A stretch of DNA of 64,000 nt from Escherichia coli O157 typing phage 4, in the sequence record KP869102; one strand, written 5' to 3'. The position numbers and the translations under genes are program-made. The notes under the pieces were generated by a model. It worked only from the letters and a program-made list of their open reading frames with translations, was not told the origin of the DNA and did not search any database. Each line of letters opens with the position of its first letter. Position 1 is the first letter of the stretch. Below are positions 26,449-35,870 of this stretch, in pieces.

Positions 26449-28370
26449 CGATATTTCAAGCCCACATGCTTCAAAAGTGGATATTTCTTTTCCAATCTTG
26501 CAATATAGGCCTTCCCGCACTTAACCCGGTTGGCGATTAAGATTTTGGCACGATGATTTAGCTCACTGTGCTTCCACGCGGTGTTACCTTCCCACTTGTG
26601 GAAATGTGGCCGATAATTTCCAAAATCCTGCATGGGGATAATTTTCCCTAATTGTCTATACAGGCTGTCATATGAAGTTTCATTTGCTGCGCGAGTCAGT
26701 AAGAATTTCCAGGCGTCCTCTTTCAACAAATGTTCCACATTTTTCTCTGTAACATACTGGCAATCAGGATTAGTCCAAAGCAGACGGGATTCTGATACCA
26801 GGTACAGGTCTTCCCCTTCAGGAATCTGGAGTGCCGCACGCACACGGTCATAATTTTGCTGGTAGATGTTACTCAGCTGTCCCAGCCAACAACTTCCACG
26901 TTGGATATCACCCTCATAAGGAATGCAGTGCTTAATCTTCTTGAACTCTGCCTTAGTAATACGTTCACGGCGGAAGTAACCATCCTTCTCAAGCTTTTTA
27001 ACCCAATAACCTGGCTCGTAATGAGTTTTTGTTTCACCTTTCTTCGCAGGTCGGCGAGGGAGCTCTGATAACAATTTGACCGTATCTGCAAAGAACGGGT
27101 GGTGTGCCGCTTCTTTAAACTCTTCCACCAGATCCGTGTTACGGCAATAGAAAACGTTGCGTCCGGTGATCTCGCTTAAGTAGTTACATTTATTTCGGTT
27201 ATATTTGCCGTCTCCGTCGTTAAATACAAGGTATACACCTCGTAAGAACTCCGACTTTCCGTAACGAGCATAGCCTATGCGGCCTTTATTTAAGCCGCCA
27301 GCGAAAATTTCACAATCGCCTAAGTCGCCAAGCCCTGTTTCTTCCCAACGGTTCCACATAAAGTTTTTGCCGAAGATGTGTCCGAACACCCCACTATTCT
27401 TCATCATTTCACGTGCTTCTGCTGAGGTTTTTGCCGTCTCCAGTTCTGCAACAACTTCTGCCCCGCGAAGACGTATACCTTCTTTAACAAAGGCCTCCAG
27501 GCGATCCTGGAATCCACCGTCGTCATGGCCCTCTATGGTCCATTCACGCCCAGGGTTAATATTGCAATCCCCGATAGGAATTTCCACGCAGATTGCAGGG
27601 TAATCGGTCAATGTCTCCAGGAACTTAGAGCGGTAAGGTTGGTGACCCATCACAACACGGCTCTCATCAGAACTGGTATAACCTTTCAGGATGGTCATTT
27701 TCCAGCCATCCTTCTCGTAATGATACTGTGCCTCAACCTTGTCACCTTCTAACATCTTACTGGTCATGGGATCGGTGACGGTGAACGGAAACTTCGCATA
27801 GCGTAAGCACGATGCAATAGCAGTGCGATATTTCAGGACATGCTCTTTCTTAACATGAAACTGAACTTTTACCCCGTTGTGCTCTTCAGTCTTCCGCTCG
27901 CGGATCTTGGTAACGTTTGGGATACCCTGATCCAAGAACAATAGATATGTGCTTTCAACACCATTGTGCACACTGATAACATCGAAAGTGTCCACCATGC
28001 TGAACGGAGCCTTTGAACCAACACCTTTATTACCTACCAGAGCATTACTGTTGCGCTTGGTTGACTCTCCAAGGTTCATGAACGTGTTGCGGACCATCTC
28101 TTCTGACATGCCCAATCCAACGTCCTGCACAAAGAAGTATGGTTCAAGGTCTGTAGGAGAGTGAATGATGATCGGTACATCACCCCGTCCAGACTCAACA
28201 TGGGAGTCTACAGCGTTGAAGATTGGTTCACGGCAGCTTGCCAGCACCTTATCTTCGTAAATCCCTTTAATAATTAGCCCAAAAGTCTCTTTGTTCAGAG
28301 AAATTGAGCCCCTGGTGACCTCCATATTTCCGGTTAGCACTGCTTTAGTTTCATTACTGTTTACAATCAT
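26388..28370 (-). CDS. rIIA: rIIA-like protein with N-terminal GHKL-type ATPase domain
   Basis: 660 aa; GHKL N-box REPIFNAVDSH, G1 box QDVGLGMS, G2 box GNKGVGSKA. Confidence 0.7.
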   Translation of the reverse strand: MIVNSNETKAVLTGNMEVTRGSISLNKETFGLIIKGIYEDKVLASCREPIFNAVDSHVESGRGDVPIIIHSPTDLEPYFFVQDVGLGMSEEMVRNTFMNLGESTKRNSNALVGNKGVGSKAPFSMVDTFDVISVHNGVESTYLLFLDQGIPNVTKIRERKTEEHNGVKVQFHVKKEHVLKYRTAIASCLRYAKFPFTVTDPMTSKMLEGDKVEAQYHYEKDGWKMTILKGYTSSDESRVVMGHQPYRSKFLETLTDYPAICVEIPIGDCNINPGREWTIEGHDDGGFQDRLEAFVKEGIRLRGAEVVAELETAKTSAEAREMMKNSGVFGHIFGKNFMWNRWEETGLGDLGDCEIFAGGLNKGRIGYARYGKSEFLRGVYLVFNDGDGKYNRNKCNYLSEITGRNVFYCRNTDLVEEFKEAAHHPFFADTVKLLSELPRRPAKKGETKTHYEPGYWVKKLEKDGYFRRERITKAEFKKIKHCIPYEGDIQRGSCWLGQLSNIYQQNYDRVRAALQIPEGEDLYLVSESRLLWTNPDCQYVTEKNVEHLLKEDAWKFLLTRAANETSYDSLYRQLGKIIPMQDFGNYRPHFHKWEGNTAWKHSELNHRAKILIANRVKCGKAYIARLEKKYPLLKHVGLKYRDTPAMIEYRELIDTKNNIK

Positions 28371-28867
28371 TTATTGCGCTCCTTGTAGTAGATATGGCTC
28401 CCGAATTGAGCTGTCCTCTGCATCTTTTTTGCCCATTTCGGTCGTACTTTGGTTGTATGGTAGTGTGTTGCTCCACCTGTTATATCCATAGCCATGTATG
28501 CAACATGGTTGTTATTATAGACCTTTAGAAGCATCTTTGCAAGACTTTTAGCGTGATCCCATGAATCTTTTTCTGTCACCTTAAAAGTTTTGCCGTGGTT
28601 TGTCCACGAAAACTGGTTAGGTTGGTAGACAATCTTTCTTATAGTGTCTGGGTATTTAGGGTGAGATTTCCTGTTTAATGTGGCAAACCCAGATGCCAGC
28701 ATACCCATCGTGCCATCCCCTCTAGCTTCCCTGTAGATATTACATGCCAAAATGTTTTCCTTAGTATCTGAGGGCTTGCAAGTATGATATACTTTTTGTT
28801 TTGGTGCTGCAACAACAGGCAGCGATAAAAATGCGCTCAAAATAATAGCAAAGATCTTAATTTTCAC
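28367..28867 (-). CDS. secreted cell-wall hydrolase, SleB/CwlJ (Hydrolase_2) family; endolysin candidate
   Basis: 166 aa; signal peptide MKIKIFAIILSAFLSLPVVAAP; motifs YREARGDG, ATLNRK, QPNQFSW, ATHYHTTKVRPKWA. Confidence 0.75.
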   Translation of the reverse strand: MKIKIFAIILSAFLSLPVVAAPKQKVYHTCKPSDTKENILACNIYREARGDGTMGMLASGFATLNRKSHPKYPDTIRKIVYQPNQFSWTNHGKTFKVTEKDSWDHAKSLAKMLLKVYNNNHVAYMAMDITGGATHYHTTKVRPKWAKKMQRTAQFGSHIYYKERNK

Positions 28868-28878
28868 AATAACTCCAA

Positions 28879-28903
28879 ATAGAAAATCCCCGCCGAAGCG
28901 GGG
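28879..28903 (-). terminator. intrinsic terminator (CCCCGCCGAAGCGGGG hairpin)
   Basis: Perfect stem-loop at 28888-28903 preceded on plus strand by AGAAAAT. Confidence 0.6.
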
Positions 28904-28915
28904 TGGTCTTAGAAA

Positions 28916-29296
28916 TTAATCGTAGTGTGCCAAAATCTCTCCATCGTTGCAAGTTCCCTCTACAAAGTTATGGAGATTCATGCACTCATCTTGATAGAAG
29001 AATTTACCGCTTTTCAGCCGTAAGCCAAACAACTCCGCATCTCCACGATGGCAAGCCTCTACAAGTTCATAGATTTCATACGGCAACTCTCCGTCGTCAT
29101 GGAAGAACCCAGCCTTATCGTTGACATAGATGAAGAAATAATCACTGCTATCGCAAGCGTCCAATATTTTAAACCAGATTTCATCTACATCTTTTTCTCG
29201 GATATCGATCACGCAAGTGGAGCTGCATTCGTACTCCTTCTCCGGCTCCTCGGTCAATACCACCAGGTAGTTTCCCCGCTTACCTACTTTAGCCAT
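28916..29296 (-). CDS. hypothetical protein
   Basis: ORF track 126 aa. Confidence 0.5.
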   Translation of the reverse strand: MAKVGKRGNYLVVLTEEPEKEYECSSTCVIDIREKDVDEIWFKILDACDSSDYFFIYVNDKAGFFHDDGELPYEIYELVEACHRGDAELFGLRLKSGKFFYQDECMNLHNFVEGTCNDGEILAHYD

Positions 29297-29305
29297 ACAA
29301 CCTCC

Positions 29306-30490
29306 TTAAGCTTTAGCCAAAATGGCGCTAAACTCTTCACCAAACTCTTTTACAATCTTCATCAGGTTTGGGTATGCTTTGATCAGCTGAGCAACAATCT
29401 TGTCACGACCTTTACCGATAAGCAAGGCATTTCCTAAGGCATTAGGTTTCATCATCGCCATAAAGACTGAGAATACAAAATCTCGGTTCTCGTCCTTGAA
29501 GTTTTCCCAAAGGAAATCGAGGAAGTTTGCCACACAGCTAACAAGATCTTCGTCGGAGATACTTGCATTTTCCATCATATTACGAATAGCGATACAACCT
29601 TCAGATCCAAGAATCCACAAGATGTCTGGCTGTTTAGGGCCTACGTATTCTTTGCAACCTCCTGCCATAATCCGACCGATTTCCGGTAAGTTGCGTTTCT
29701 TGGTGTGGTAAGTCCAGATCTCTACCGCTGCAGTGTGACCAATAGCACCTTGCAGAAGAACACGGGCCATAGCGTCAGAAATAATACCGCTGTCAAAATC
29801 GTGCAAGATATCAGATGCAGCAACCCAAGATCGCGGTGTGGCAAAAGATGGACAATTAATCTCAGCCATGGCCTCATAATTATCAATAGCTGATGGAACT
29901 CTTTTCAGATATCCAATTACAGAGGAGTGCACCCCATTAAGGAATGCGTAGTCCTCAATAAACACCTCTGCGTTGCTTGTAACTTCTACAATGATAAAGC
30001 GGTTAGCCAGAGGGGCTTCGAGCGCCGAAAGAACAGCACCATCTGTAGAACGGTTACCTGCAGCTACAAAAACAGAGCCCTTAGGGAATGCATAGGTGCC
30101 GCACTTGTGGTCGAGCATAATCTGCATTGCAACCTTTTGCAGGTAGTTATCTGCATGAGTGAGCTCATCCAGAAAGACAATTCCGCTCCAGTCAGGATCC
30201 GCAGGCCAAAATTCTGGGATTGCAAACACTGTACGTGTAGTCCCATCCGCTTCTACAGGGATAGGTAGCCCAGATAAGTCGGCAGGATCTTTATCTGACA
30301 GCCGCACGTCAACCAGGTTGTCATCTCGCTCACCGAACATATTATCAGCGATCTGCTTCATCACCTGACTCTTTCCCACACCCATTGGTCCTAAAATCAG
30401 GACAGATCGGTTATGACGCTGGGCAAACTGAATGATAGCTGGCAACTCACGGACAGTGATTTGACCACTTTCAAATACGTTTCTTGACAT
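29306..30490 (-). CDS. AAA+ ATPase, MoxR/AAA_5-like
   Basis: 394 aa; Walker A GPMGVGKS; Walker B IVFLDELTHA. Confidence 0.85.
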   Translation of the reverse strand: MSRNVFESGQITVRELPAIIQFAQRHNRSVLILGPMGVGKSQVMKQIADNMFGERDDNLVDVRLSDKDPADLSGLPIPVEADGTTRTVFAIPEFWPADPDWSGIVFLDELTHADNYLQKVAMQIMLDHKCGTYAFPKGSVFVAAGNRSTDGAVLSALEAPLANRFIIVEVTSNAEVFIEDYAFLNGVHSSVIGYLKRVPSAIDNYEAMAEINCPSFATPRSWVAASDILHDFDSGIISDAMARVLLQGAIGHTAAVEIWTYHTKKRNLPEIGRIMAGGCKEYVGPKQPDILWILGSEGCIAIRNMMENASISDEDLVSCVANFLDFLWENFKDENRDFVFSVFMAMMKPNALGNALLIGKGRDKIVAQLIKAYPNLMKIVKEFGEEFSAILAKA

Positions 30491-30792
30491 TAGTAAAAGT
30501 CCTCTACTTGTGTGTAAGTGTTTTCAAAGTTTTCCAAAACAGATGTCACATCGGATCTGTCAATATCGTACACAACTTCCCAGTTGTATGCAACCCTTTC
30601 TGCTGTCGCCTCTTCAGGACTTAGCCGCCTGCTGGGGTGAAAGAATGCTGGAGTGCATCTTCTTAGTTGTCTTCCGGTTTTTCCATAACAATATCTGTGG
30701 ATAGCTTTGTCAAAATTTAACTCTTTTTCTGCACAAAGTTCGTGTTTCTGGTATAACATGTTTATTACTCTTTTAAGTGGCATCCTTGCCAC
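30490..30792 (-). CDS. hypothetical protein
   Basis: ORF track 100 aa. Confidence 0.5.
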   Translation of the reverse strand: MARMPLKRVINMLYQKHELCAEKELNFDKAIHRYCYGKTGRQLRRCTPAFFHPSRRLSPEEATAERVAYNWEVVYDIDRSDVTSVLENFENTYTQVEDFY

Positions 30793-30798
30793 TACCTG

Positions 30799-31179
30799 CT
30801 AGAATACAGTCCGAATCCAGACAAGGTTCTTATCTGCCCAATCGTAGAGGCAAGTCATTGCGCTATTAAATTGCTCGCACGGAGGATAATCTTCTTCCAT
30901 CTGGCGCATAGCAGAGCCTTGTGGGTAAAGCTCTCGTGCTGCAAACCACGCATCGTAGTCATCCACGGTATCGAAGTAGTATACAACATCCTCCAACTCA
31001 GGATCGAACTTTGAATTATCAGGATCCAGTTGTTCAGGGAACTTGGAGCGTAACTTGCCAGCCACAATGCTTGCCAACTCGCTAACATGCTTATTGTCCC
31101 ACTCCACTAGTTTCCCGTCTTCAGTGATGCGTCCTAACCACTGATCATGAAGGTCAACTGTTGTCTTCCACCGTGCCAT
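30799..31179 (-). CDS. hypothetical protein
   Basis: ORF track 126 aa. Confidence 0.5.
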   Translation of the reverse strand: MARWKTTVDLHDQWLGRITEDGKLVEWDNKHVSELASIVAGKLRSKFPEQLDPDNSKFDPELEDVVYYFDTVDDYDAWFAARELYPQGSAMRQMEEDYPPCEQFNSAMTCLYDWADKNLVWIRTVF

Positions 31180-31181
31180 TA

Positions 31182-31439
31182 TCAGTCCACCTCTTCTTCT
31201 CGTTGTAGTTCAAGATACCCGTAGGTCTGGACATTTTGAAGGGTGTGGAACTCCCCCTCTGCCGCCAAGGCACGAACAACTTGGCACAAAACCTTATGAG
31301 GAACTTCATCCAGACCCAGATTCAGTGCAGGAAACACCTTATCTAAGTCAACAAAATAAACAAACTGTAGCTCACCAGCTTCAAAAGGTGTATCTTCAAT
31401 AAACATCTTCTCGGCATTAGTCAAGATCTGCACTTTCAT
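31182..31439 (-). CDS. hypothetical protein
   Basis: ORF track 85 aa. Confidence 0.5.
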   Translation of the reverse strand: MKVQILTNAEKMFIEDTPFEAGELQFVYFVDLDKVFPALNLGLDEVPHKVLCQVVRALAAEGEFHTLQNVQTYGYLELQREEEVD

Positions 31440-31816
31440 TATTCTACCTCCTCTTCTTTTTCTTCGACATTAGTTTCAGGGCTGCCCCACTCTGGAGTTT
31501 CAACCTCGATAGTAAACTCACGCACTACACGGTAATTACCCATGAAGCGCTCCACTTCGTCAAGGCTTACGGAGAAGCCATTGGCAACCAGGTCTGCAGC
31601 ACCCTCTTCTACCAGGTAGTCCAGATTGGCTTCCAGAGCTTCAGGCTCAAACCCTGTCAATGCAATCAGATAACCTTCCCCTTCATCAGGTAGGACAATA
31701 CAGCCCAACTGATTTTCTTTAAAAAGGCAGTGACCATCATTATTGATCGGGTGTTCATTGCAGTAAATAGCTGCACGATAAGTAACTTTAGACATAGGTA
31801 AGGCCTCCTTAGGCAA
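31439..31816 (-). CDS. hypothetical protein
   Basis: ORF track 125 aa. Confidence 0.5.
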   Translation of the reverse strand: MPKEALPMSKVTYRAAIYCNEHPINNDGHCLFKENQLGCIVLPDEGEGYLIALTGFEPEALEANLDYLVEEGAADLVANGFSVSLDEVERFMGNYRVVREFTIEVETPEWGSPETNVEEKEEEVE

Positions 31817-32087
31817 TTGTCATTTTACATTCTTGAAATTTTAACACAAGACGGTGATTGTGCCTAGTGTCTAAAAAGATTTTCTCAACCATCAGGCACA
31901 CGGTATAACCGTCCATCTTGTTGATAACAAAATCTCCAGGGTGAGGGAGGATGTCTCCCGGATTGGGGAAACATAGTCCACTCAGAAAGGCATCGTCAGT
32001 GGTGGACTTAATAGATTTCCACACACTGTCTGCCTGAACATGCTCACCGACGTAATATACATTACCACATGCCTTCATCATAGTCAA
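31809..32087 (-). CDS. hypothetical protein
   Basis: ORF track 92 aa. Confidence 0.5.
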   Translation of the reverse strand: MTMMKACGNVYYVGEHVQADSVWKSIKSTTDDAFLSGLCFPNPGDILPHPGDFVINKMDGYTVCLMVEKIFLDTRHNHRLVLKFQECKMTIA

Positions 32088-32983
32088 ATCCCCGCATAAA
32101 TTAAACTTGTATCAGTATACTTCTTTAACGGGTAAATATCCTGTCCGTAGATGTAGTCATTAAACACCTCATCTACCCAAAGACTGCATTTATACCCCAT
32201 CATTTCTAAAACACCCATCTCTTCATCAGTAAATTTATCACCACTTTTGCAGGATGTCAATACCTCATTTTGTACTCTTGCCAGTTCAAAAATGTTGTTA
32301 GCAATGTCACTATTAACGATCAGGTATTCACCTAAAGGGTGTGCGGCATTAAAGATGCACAGTGGGCGGTTGACGTAATAGTCCCCAGGTGTATAGAAAT
32401 TGTTGAGGTCCTTCACTAGAACATTCTTATCAGTCACTTCATTTATAACATCATGCATATCGCACATCTTTATGTGCTTGAGGATTCCATCCCCCATCAC
32501 AAAATAAAAACTTGCTGAGATACTCTCGGCATAGATCTTACTGGACCCGTTGTAGTTGTATTTTACGCGAATGCTCACGGGGGTTTTTCCTGTCGCGTTA
32601 GCCATCATCCAAAGGAACGGAAGTTCAAACTTCTCTTCTGAGGAAACAAAAGGTGAAGTTGCCAGAGATCGGAAACCTCCAGAAAAGTTGAAAGTCACAG
32701 AACCGCTCCGGCGGTATGATACCGCGTATTCTACTTTTATATCGACATACCCGTTGGAATAGGTGTGTCCTTCATTATCTAAATATGTCCACTTATCAGA
32801 CCCCGATACCAATCTACGCTCAATCACCTTCATCACTATAGGAATTAGCGGGTTGGTACAAACCGCTTTTGAAGTAGCTTTAGCATCTAAATCCTCGTAA
32901 ATTGCAGAAAGGATGTCTCCAGCTGAAAGATTGGTTGTTATATCCTGTTGCCACCGCGTACTAAAACTGTTAAGATTTGCCAT
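32084..32983 (-). CDS. hypothetical protein
   Basis: ORF track 299 aa. Confidence 0.55.
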   Translation of the reverse strand: MANLNSFSTRWQQDITTNLSAGDILSAIYEDLDAKATSKAVCTNPLIPIVMKVIERRLVSGSDKWTYLDNEGHTYSNGYVDIKVEYAVSYRRSGSVTFNFSGGFRSLATSPFVSSEEKFELPFLWMMANATGKTPVSIRVKYNYNGSSKIYAESISASFYFVMGDGILKHIKMCDMHDVINEVTDKNVLVKDLNNFYTPGDYYVNRPLCIFNAAHPLGEYLIVNSDIANNIFELARVQNEVLTSCKSGDKFTDEEMGVLEMMGYKCSLWVDEVFNDYIYGQDIYPLKKYTDTSLIYAGI

Positions 32984-33065
32984 GAGTGAGTGCTCCTATG
33001 TTAGTTTTCTTTCGAATGGGTGCACTATATCGGAGATTTAGAGTAAAGTCAACACGTTTTTGATG

Positions 33066-33094
33066 TTGACATCTGTTGAGACAATTGATAAGAT
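33066..33094 (+). promoter_or_regulatory. sigma70-type promoter (TTGACA-17-TAAGAT)
   Basis: -35 at 33066-33071, 17-nt spacer, -10 at 33089-33094; sits inside the track-predicted N-terminus of the next ORF. Confidence 0.45.
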
Positions 33095-33125
33095 TTCTTC
33101 ACTTACAGAGCACGAGAGACAACTC

Positions 33126-34103
33126 ATGAATCTTGAAAAATATTATACACCAGAAGAGTTAGAGCGCCTGCTCAAAAAATATAGACGCAAACAGAATAAT
33201 GCACGGAAACGAGATATAGAGTTCGACCTGTCGTGGGAAGAATACCTACTATTTGGTAAAAAACTTTTAGGGGAAGGGGTATGCGACTACACCCTTATAC
33301 CTTTCGACATGCACACAGATGAAAACGGACTGGGAAATCCTTTCTATCCATCTCTGGAGCGGATAGATGATGAAGGTCCTTACGCAATTGATAATTGTTG
33401 TGTGGTAGGGTTGAGGTGCAACGCTCTGAAGGACTGTCTGGTAGATAAAAAGACTGCAATCTTGATAAAAGACAAAACTGATCGAAAAATTGTCCAGCAG
33501 ATGATGCTCCACCTGAGCGAAGAGCGTATGGAGAAATTGAAAGGTGATTATACTTTTGAAGATTTCATCTTGCAATACGGGACAGAAGAAGATAAACTAG
33601 CACTTTTTGACGAAGAGGAAGAAGATATGTCACCAATGCAGGACTTTAAAAATTTCATGGCTGATCGTGCAGCCAACAAACACATTTCAGATATCGTAAA
33701 CGAAACTGTGACAGAAGAAATTGAAGAACAGAACTCTGAAGAGGAAAAAGAGCCTCAGGAGGTCGAAGAGGAGATTGCAGAAGAGGTTCCTGCACTGCCT
33801 GATGATGTTGAGGTTGCTAAGGCTTACACTTTCTATTGTCAAACGTTCTACGATGCAGGTATGAAAGTTGATCTGTCGTTCAGCCAATTTAAGAGTTCAT
33901 ATATTCGCAAATGCTGTGCTTTAACTGGTGAACGTCTCGGAGCTGGACTTAAACCGCTGTTGGTGACCGACTGGAATAAAGGTTTCACTAAAGGAAACTT
34001 TATGGTAGTATCTCCAATTATGGAAAAAGCCATGACAGATCTTATGAAGACCACTCGCATGACAATGACTGAGTTGGCAGGTATTTTCAAACACGTTAAA
34101 TAA
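33126..34103 (+). CDS. hypothetical protein with internal duplication, degenerate HNH-like motif and acidic linker
   Basis: Track ORF 33060-34103 (347 aa, TTG start); ATG at 33126 lies downstream of the promoter; the two halves resemble each other; HNH-like RIDDEGPYAIDNCCVVGLRCNALK; Glu-rich linker. Confidence 0.5.
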   Translation: MNLEKYYTPEELERLLKKYRRKQNNARKRDIEFDLSWEEYLLFGKKLLGEGVCDYTLIPFDMHTDENGLGNPFYPSLERIDDEGPYAIDNCCVVGLRCNALKDCLVDKKTAILIKDKTDRKIVQQMMLHLSEERMEKLKGDYTFEDFILQYGTEEDKLALFDEEEEDMSPMQDFKNFMADRAANKHISDIVNETVTEEIEEQNSEEEKEPQEVEEEIAEEVPALPDDVEVAKAYTFYCQTFYDAGMKVDLSFSQFKSSYIRKCCALTGERLGAGLKPLLVTDWNKGFTKGNFMVVSPIMEKAMTDLMKTTRMTMTELAGIFKHVK

Positions 34104-34107
34104 TGAC

Positions 34108-34124
34108 AGGGGCCAATGGCCCCT
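34108..34124 (+). other. GC-rich hairpin (AGGGGCC-AAT-GGCCCCT), no T-run
   Basis: Perfect 7-bp stem between the two plus-strand genes; overlaps the track start of the vWA ORF. Confidence 0.4.
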
Positions 34125-34136
34125 TCTGGAGTTTTA

Positions 34137-35597
34137 ATGGATAGCAGAAGTTCAGAAATCGTTGCCTCACAGAAAGATGATGCCCTGAGAATGTTGCAGG
34201 CTGCACGTATGTATCTCCTTGAAAAGCTGCCGTTTTATGGCACACTGCTGTCAGGGTTGCAGTTCGTAGAAAACCACACATGGTGCTCCACCATGGCAAC
34301 CGACCATAAACGCATCTATTACAGCCCTGAGTTCATTATGGGATTGGCTGATGAACGCAAGGCTATTCTTAAGGCTTCTCTAACTGACAAGCAGTTTGAG
34401 ATGGCTGAGGTTTTCTATTCCCCCAAATCTGTGAAAGAGGTGGCCTTTCTTCTGTCGCATGAGGTGGGGCATATTATCTGTGATCACCTGGTCCGTGGTA
34501 AAAGCTTTGAGCCGGAACTGTTCAATATTGCTTGTGATCACGTTATCAACACAGGCCTTGTGGTTGACTTTAGCAAACCTCCTTGTGTTTTCTTCTCGAA
34601 GGGGAAAAGCACTACGTTCGTGAAAGGTAAGCCTTTTGGCTTCTTAGCCAGCTGCTACTGCGACATGAAGTTTCATGGATGGATTGCTGAGAACGTCTAT
34701 GCAGTTCTTGATAAGCAAAGAGATCAGAATAACGGTAAAAGTAAGAGCGGTAAAGGTGAGAACTCTCAAGGAGATAAGCGACAAACCGATGATCACATGA
34801 GCGGGAACGGTGGCACCAGTGATGATCTTGGAAAGGCTATGGGGTATGATCAGCCACAACCTGTAATCAGCCAATCTGATAAAGATCAGGCCATGCAGGA
34901 CTCTGGTGACATGCTGGAGGCAGCAATGCAAGCTTCTGGAGGTCGTTGCCCTGAGGCGGTGCGTGAGTTTGTCAAGAATAGAGGTAAGCCTGTAATCAAT
35001 TATATAGACATCATCAAGCAACGCATGTTGTCTAAAAGAAAGGCCGAACTGACCTACAGAAAACCTGGTCGCCGATCTGGGTCTTTGACCAGCACAATGC
35101 GAAAAGTCGGAGCTATAAACAAGAACCAACACGTTATTGTTCCTGGTCGTAATCCGGAAAACACTATAGATATTGTGGTGGCTTTGGACGTTTCTGGTTC
35201 GATCTCTCAAAGAACTTTAAAGAAAATGTTCAATGAGATCACAGGATTGTGCAATCTGTATAAAGAGTTTAAGGTTACAATGTTCTGTTGGTCAACTGAG
35301 GTTGGAGAGGTTAAAGTATACACTCGCGGCAACATAGACGAGATGATCAACTATGAGGTACACTCAACATGGGGCACAACGGCTGCTTGCGTGTTCGAGT
35401 ATCTGGATGCCAACATACCGAATGCAAAAGATGTCATCGTCCTGACCGACCTATACTTTGAGCATAACTTTGAACAAAAGGCTGTTGACAACAAGTGGAA
35501 AAAGTACGATACTTTATGGGTTCTAACCGAAGGGTATAATAAAAATTATATCCCTAGCTTTGGTAAAACTGTGGAATTAATCGAGTACGCTAAGTAA
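34137..35597 (+). CDS. vWA-domain protein with N-terminal HExxH metallopeptidase-like domain
   Basis: Track ORF 34116-35597 (493 aa); HEVGHIICDH zinc-binding motif; vWA MIDAS motif VVALDVSGSI; second ATG at 34137 avoids the hairpin. Confidence 0.75.
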   Translation: MDSRSSEIVASQKDDALRMLQAARMYLLEKLPFYGTLLSGLQFVENHTWCSTMATDHKRIYYSPEFIMGLADERKAILKASLTDKQFEMAEVFYSPKSVKEVAFLLSHEVGHIICDHLVRGKSFEPELFNIACDHVINTGLVVDFSKPPCVFFSKGKSTTFVKGKPFGFLASCYCDMKFHGWIAENVYAVLDKQRDQNNGKSKSGKGENSQGDKRQTDDHMSGNGGTSDDLGKAMGYDQPQPVISQSDKDQAMQDSGDMLEAAMQASGGRCPEAVREFVKNRGKPVINYIDIIKQRMLSKRKAELTYRKPGRRSGSLTSTMRKVGAINKNQHVIVPGRNPENTIDIVVALDVSGSISQRTLKKMFNEITGLCNLYKEFKVTMFCWSTEVGEVKVYTRGNIDEMINYEVHSTWGTTAACVFEYLDANIPNAKDVIVLTDLYFEHNFEQKAVDNKWKKYDTLWVLTEGYNKNYIPSFGKTVELIEYAK

Positions 35598-35603
35598 GAG
35601 AGG

Positions 35604-35870
35604 ATGTTATTTATGGCAACAGAGGTAGTAATTAAAGCTGAACGCCCAGTTAAAAAAGCTATCAACACGTTCCCTGTGGGAACCATTGTGAGCATGATCA
35701 CAGAGTCAGGTCGTGTATCTACGCTACTGATTGTGAAATCTGCATGTTCTTCTTGTGTGTGGGCTTACGATCTGGACGAGAAAGAACTAAAAGATTTTGT
35801 TGGGGAGCTGAAAGCAACCGAGCTCGATGCTCGTATCGAAGTATTTGGTGAAACTATGGAGGAAGAGTAA
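35604..35870 (+). CDS. hypothetical protein
   Basis: 88 aa; RBS AGAGGA. Confidence 0.5.
   Translation: MLFMATEVVIKAERPVKKAINTFPVGTIVSMITESGRVSTLLIVKSACSSCVWAYDLDEKELKDFVGELKATELDARIEVFGETMEEE

Noticed and set aside
34644-35210. 188-aa minus-strand ORF inside the vWA gene
   Set aside because: Antisense to a motif-supported plus-strand gene.
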